Source: Amphiscolops sp. MND2022
Lineage: Eukaryota
Assembly (NCBI GenBank): GCA_964187785.1
Contig: OZ076414.1
Span: 29,946,001 to 30,010,000 of the forward strand
DNA length: 64,000 nt
Direction: 5' to 3'
Shown: in pieces, positions 59,198 to 64,000 of the stretch
How the letters are laid out: each line of letters starts with the position of its first letter
Position numbering within the stretch: position 1 is the stretch's first letter
Notes under the pieces: generated by a model
The model's database searches: none
What the model saw: the letters and a program-made list of their open reading frames with translations, nothing else
Told to the model about the DNA's origin: nothing
Program-made: the position numbers and the translations under genes

Positions 59198-61499
59198 TTC
59201 TGGAAGATTGATTGAAGAAATTCAGCACCGAAAATATCCTTCTAGAGTTGCATATAACATTCATGCATGCAGCGCAGTTTCACATGGTGTGTGTGTGTGT
59301 GTGTGCGTTAAAAGAATGATGGTTAAACTAGCATTGAGAACACCTGCGCGGAGAATTAAAATGAAACGTGCGTTTATTCGTCATCAAAATAGTATAACCA
59401 CATTCTTCGATTTTGAATATAAAATACTCTCACACGTTCAAACAAATTCCTTCCAGGAAGACCTGAGATTTTGACGACTCGCAGTGAAGGATTGATAAGC
59501 AAAATAACCAATTCGTTAAGTCTTAAAGCCTTAAGTCTCCTGAAGAGCATTCAATTTTAAAAGCACCAGTTTCGGTTTTATACTGAACCAATCTCCAATC
59601 GATGGGCGATGGTCGATAGTCTAACAGTTTTTCCATGAAAAAGTGTTATCGGAATTGGAGATTATTTGCATGTAACAAAGATCAAAAATCTTTTAAAATA
59701 TTAAAACAATCCTTGATTCTTTTGCAAGTTTATGAACTTTGATGCGTGCAATAATTTTCTAATCCCGATTGCATTTTTAAGATACAGTGAATGTTTTTTG
59801 CATAATTTCCTAAATGTTTTTTTTCATATTTTTGATGGTTTATTTTTTAGTATACTGACAACGGTCTAAATCAAACAAGAGATCATATTTTCAATTTGTC
59901 TAAGCAATCGGCCGATGCCGGGTACTCTAACTTTACTTGCATCTTAATTTAGTAAAAACAGGCAATAAATATTTCTTGGATGTTATACACATTTTCAGTT
60001 TCCTTAGCGACAACAAAATTTTGTTTTCCAAGGTATATTCTTTAATCGTTTTTTGCTGAAGTTACGGTAACTCAGTGTCCCAAAAATTACCTGTAAAATT
60101 TATTTATCGAGCACAAGAAATTCCAAATATTTCCAAACGCCTAATTATTATTAAAAAACGTTAAGGTATTTTTCAGCTTGTCAATCACTCAAATTGACAA
60201 CTACCGCTCGAATTCCATTAACATCACGCATCAAAAAGGCTATTTTTTGACACGTTTTTAGATACCTTCGAAGGTCTTGAAGCGATGTCTTAGAGTCATT
60301 GATTACGTAATGGGGGGGTTCAATATCAAATGATTGACAGTTGCATTTCTGAGGTTGCATGTGGTGTTGGAGAACAAAATGCCACTTGAAGATTGGCAAA
60401 ACTTTACGCGTTTTGTTTTTTTTTGTGACATGACTGGTGAATCAAAAACAGAAGGCTCAGAAAAACCTGTCTTCAAAATTGCAATATTTGTAAATAAAGC
60501 CCTGAATGTCTTTCATTTTTCTCAATCATTCAAAAAGAAGGTTTTGTTACGGAATCACCTCTTCAACTGAGGATTGTTCAAAATCTTGCCAAACAATTTT
60601 AGCTTCCGAAAAAAAGCTGCCAGTTTGAAAGATTGCAAAGCTGAAATGCAACGTTCAAAAATGTTCTGGAACGTTCGCGGACATATACTAGAATTTTCCA
60701 GAGCTTGAAAAGATTTATGCGTTCCTTTTCCCAAAACACATGGACTGTAAAAAAACGGTACACGTAAGAATTTTGCAAAAAATTTGACAATGTAAACTTT
60801 GGTCAACAAGATTTTCATTTTCTCACTTGTCAATCATTTAGAACACATCATTTTTAAGGACAACATCAGATGGATTTAACAGATACATCGAACTCAAACA
60901 AAAAACTGCCATTGAAACTCGCTTTTTAACACTAGCATTTTGGAAAAACGTTTCACACTTTTTGATTGACGCTCGAAGCCTGTTTCAGACCAGACTCACA
61001 CTTGGTTCATGACGCATTTTGATTTTTCATCTGCTCATACTGGGTTCTTGATTCCAGGGAAACCTTATAAGTGTACCCTGTTTTGCGGGTAATCCGGCAC
61101 TAACAGTTTTGGACGTACTAGAGCGCTCGTATTAACAACTCTTTCTACCCAGCTCTGAAAAGCACATTTCAGCATGTCAATCATTCGAAATGAAAGCATC
61201 GAATAGGATTCATATATCCAAAAGAGGAATGACTTGAGAGGTACCTATGTTACGAAAGACACTAAATCATTCTTCGAAACGTCATTTTCTAAAAAAACAT
61301 GCACATTGCTATATTATGCGGATATAACAAACGGAATTCGGATATAAACAAAATATTTATCGCCGGACAATGAATTCAATCAACTTGAGTAATCTTTCAA
61401 AATGAAATACGAGAAGCTCAAGAGCTACTTAGAGTTTCTTACTAAAATTGCGGGTCTGTGTTTTGTCCGGCGGAGTTTAATGTCAGCTAGACAGAATGG

Positions 61500-61923
61500 T
61501 CTTCGGATTACCCTAAAAATGAATTGATTAGTTATCCCGGTTCTTTTTCCCGACCAGATGGGGCAATAACGTGATGATTTCAAAATTTCAAATATTGAAC
61601 AGGAATCGACGACCGAAGAAGCTAGTCTCCCCAGTGTGATTGAAATCCCAACCCCAAAGGCAATGTGTACACAAAACTGCCGCTGAAAACTTTTAAACTA
61701 ACATTGATCAAGTGTTAATGTGTTGAACTTAACTGGAAATCCAAACAATGTAAAGTTCTTTTTAGTTAACTAGCCATTATGTATCTTTTTGGAGCTAGTC
61801 GTTATCATTGTATTTAACCTGTTAAAATGTTTGTGAGTACCAGTACACCAAGGCGCTATTTTGAATTCATTGAAGTACATTTGTACATTGTTCCCCCTTT
61901 ACCTCCTATTCTAGCGAGGGGAG
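61500..61923 (+). mobile_element. 3' internal remnant and PPT of an upstream Gypsy copy
   Basis: Purine tract agcgaggggag (61913-61923) directly before the LTR TGTG; upstream coding-like tail and AT-rich UTR. Confidence 0.5.
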
Positions 61924-64000
61924 TGTGATAGAGCACTTGTTGTGCACTAGATAAAACAAAAGTGTGAAAATAAATAATTACTTTATTTATTAACAACCTG
62001 TCAAAATATGCAAAAATGTCAAAGGAAAACAATCCGCCAATTCAGACAGTTACGCCATACAATACAGTTTCTCACACTACACCTTATCTCTTCTTACTAG
62101 CTTCATTCTTCAGTTCAGCTAGTCTATAACAAGGCGCTGCGCGCGCTGATGAAGACCATTCAAACTTTCCCCTACCAGGATTGAATTATTCCTGGCAGGA
62201 TGCCGAAAAACCCCCCGGATATGACTGGGAACAGTGGATTCAACTGTTTGAAGTCGCAACGTTGGCGAGACATTCAATTTCAGCTTCCGAAGTGCTAAAG
62301 GAGGCTGACCAACAAAACTCACGTGCGGCAGCTTTGATGGGTAATCTGGAAGAAATCCCTGCAATATGGAAAGTCGTTAGTTTGCTCTACATCTCGAATG
62401 GCAAAAATGCAAGAAAAATGCTGATGGACAAGTTTCCACAAATAAAAATCCTACTGATCGAACTTCGGAAGCTGATGTAAAACTGCACTGAATGTTTCCA
62501 AATGCGACGTAACCGGACCCTCGATCTCCACATGTTCCTTTCGCGAAAACAAAAACCGTAGGAGTCGATAAACCCATTCTGGAATGCATTAAATGGGCTC
62601 GCGGTCAAATGTTATTTCGGCGAATAAACAGAAACCCTAGTTCACGACATTTTCGTACTGAATATGGCGATTAAACAAGTGCAAGAAAATTCTGCATTGA
62701 ACCCAAAGAGACGCCAGCTGAAGCGTTACAATTCGCGATAGCTTTTGAGGATGGGCTAAAACGCCAAAAATCATACGGTTAAATTAATCAAGAGCCCAAA
62801 GTAAAAGAAGAACCAATTTGTGCAGTTAGCAGCAGCAATCCGAGAGAGTGCTGGAGATGCGGTGCGGCGAATTTTACCCTAGATCTTTTGAAACGGTGCA
62901 AGGCACCTGAAGCAATGTGCAACTTCTGCGGGCGAAAAGGCCATTTGGAACGGACGTGCGATCAAAAGAAAAAATACACTGACCAGAAGAATGGCAAACT
63001 CAGAGGATTTGGCAATCGAGTGCAGTTCGTAGATCAGGAGGAAATCGATGACGAAGACGAAGACGAAGACAAAGACGTCTACATGGTGCTGAATGTCGAG
63101 GGAGGACGTAATGAAGCAAAACCATTTTATATGGAAGGATTCATTAATGGCAACCGATTCAAAACCATGATAGATACGGGATACCCTGTAACAATCTTCG
63201 CCTTAGATGAAATAAAAACAATCATGAAGAAGGAAAAATTGCCAGTGCGACAGATGATAGAAGGAGAGCGATACGTGGATTTCAATGGAAAACCACTGCG
63301 ACTGCTGGGATATGTCTTTTGCGAAATGCAAGTGAACGATAGCTACAATAAAAAGGCGAGAATCCTAATTGCTAGAAGCGGAACGAAGTCGATAATTGGC
63401 AGAGAATGGCTAACAACACTGCGATACAAGCTGGAACTGCAAACCGGTGAGTTAGATATAAATTCTATAGAAAAGATCAGCGAACTAATTGTAGAAACTA
63501 GGCAATTAGTCACCGAATTCCCAGAGCTATTCAAAAGACAGGGTAAAGTAAACAGTAAACAACTACAAAATAAAAAATATTTTGAAGTCAGAAGTGAAAG
63601 TAAGTCAGCAAAAGGGGAGACGATTTCCAATCCAACTGCAAAAACCAGTGGATAACGTAATAAGCCGGCTGCGAAAAATGATCATATTGACCGTTCAGTG
63701 AAAACTGCCTTAGACGCCCGAGCACTGAACCAAGCGATCGATAAAGATAAACATCAAATGCCCAATTTGGACAAATATATTAGATATGGTCGCGGAAAAA
63801 TTGGATACTAAAGAATGCGTGGTTTTCATCAATAGATATGACTTATGCATACAACCAGGTCCCCTTTCATCATTTAACCGCAAAACAATTTTCAGATAAT
63901 TGGTGGAGAGTCCACGGGAACATATCAATTTGTGACAGGTTTTTACGGTCTGTCGGTTATGCCGACAGAATTTTAAAAAGTGATGGATAGTTTATAGGCG
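61924..64000 (+). mobile_element. Decayed Ty3/Gypsy element (LTR, PBS, gag, PR, start of RT), truncated by the window end
   Basis: LTR 61924-62131 (TGTGATAG...CTATAACA); PBS-like aGGCGCTGCG at 62132; gag PPGYDWEQW; knuckle CNFCGRKGHLERTC; protease MIDTG; RT ALDARALN, DMTYAYNQ. Confidence 0.9.

Overview
Eukaryotic, AT-rich, repeat-dominated genomic DNA from an invertebrate-like assembly with two 200-N gaps; no prokaryotic operons or CRISPR. There are two host genes: an intronless GH20 beta-hexosaminidase (47944-49560, +) and a 4-exon CLHC1 orthologue (55780-59197, -). Most of the rest is mobile DNA: a decayed Ty3/Gypsy element (2577-9176) with a hAT element in its integrase; a decayed CR1/L2-type LINE; nested Helentron-type non-autonomous elements (HINE/DINE-1 architecture) whose bodies carry ~180-bp repeats; a 1.66-kb composite tandem array; two spacerless palindromes; and a tandem Gypsy junction at the right end. 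The best candidate for a new system is a young, intact BEL/Pao retrotransposon (27759-36773) with apparently identical LTRs and a perfect 5-bp TSD. Its 1.9-kb leader encodes a sense SGNH-hydrolase-like ORF and an antisense TRIM-type B-box/coiled-coil exon. That exon has a splice acceptor, runs through the PBS, and takes its stop codon from the non-canonical TA end of the LTR. All family assignments come from motif recognition by eye; no database searches were run.
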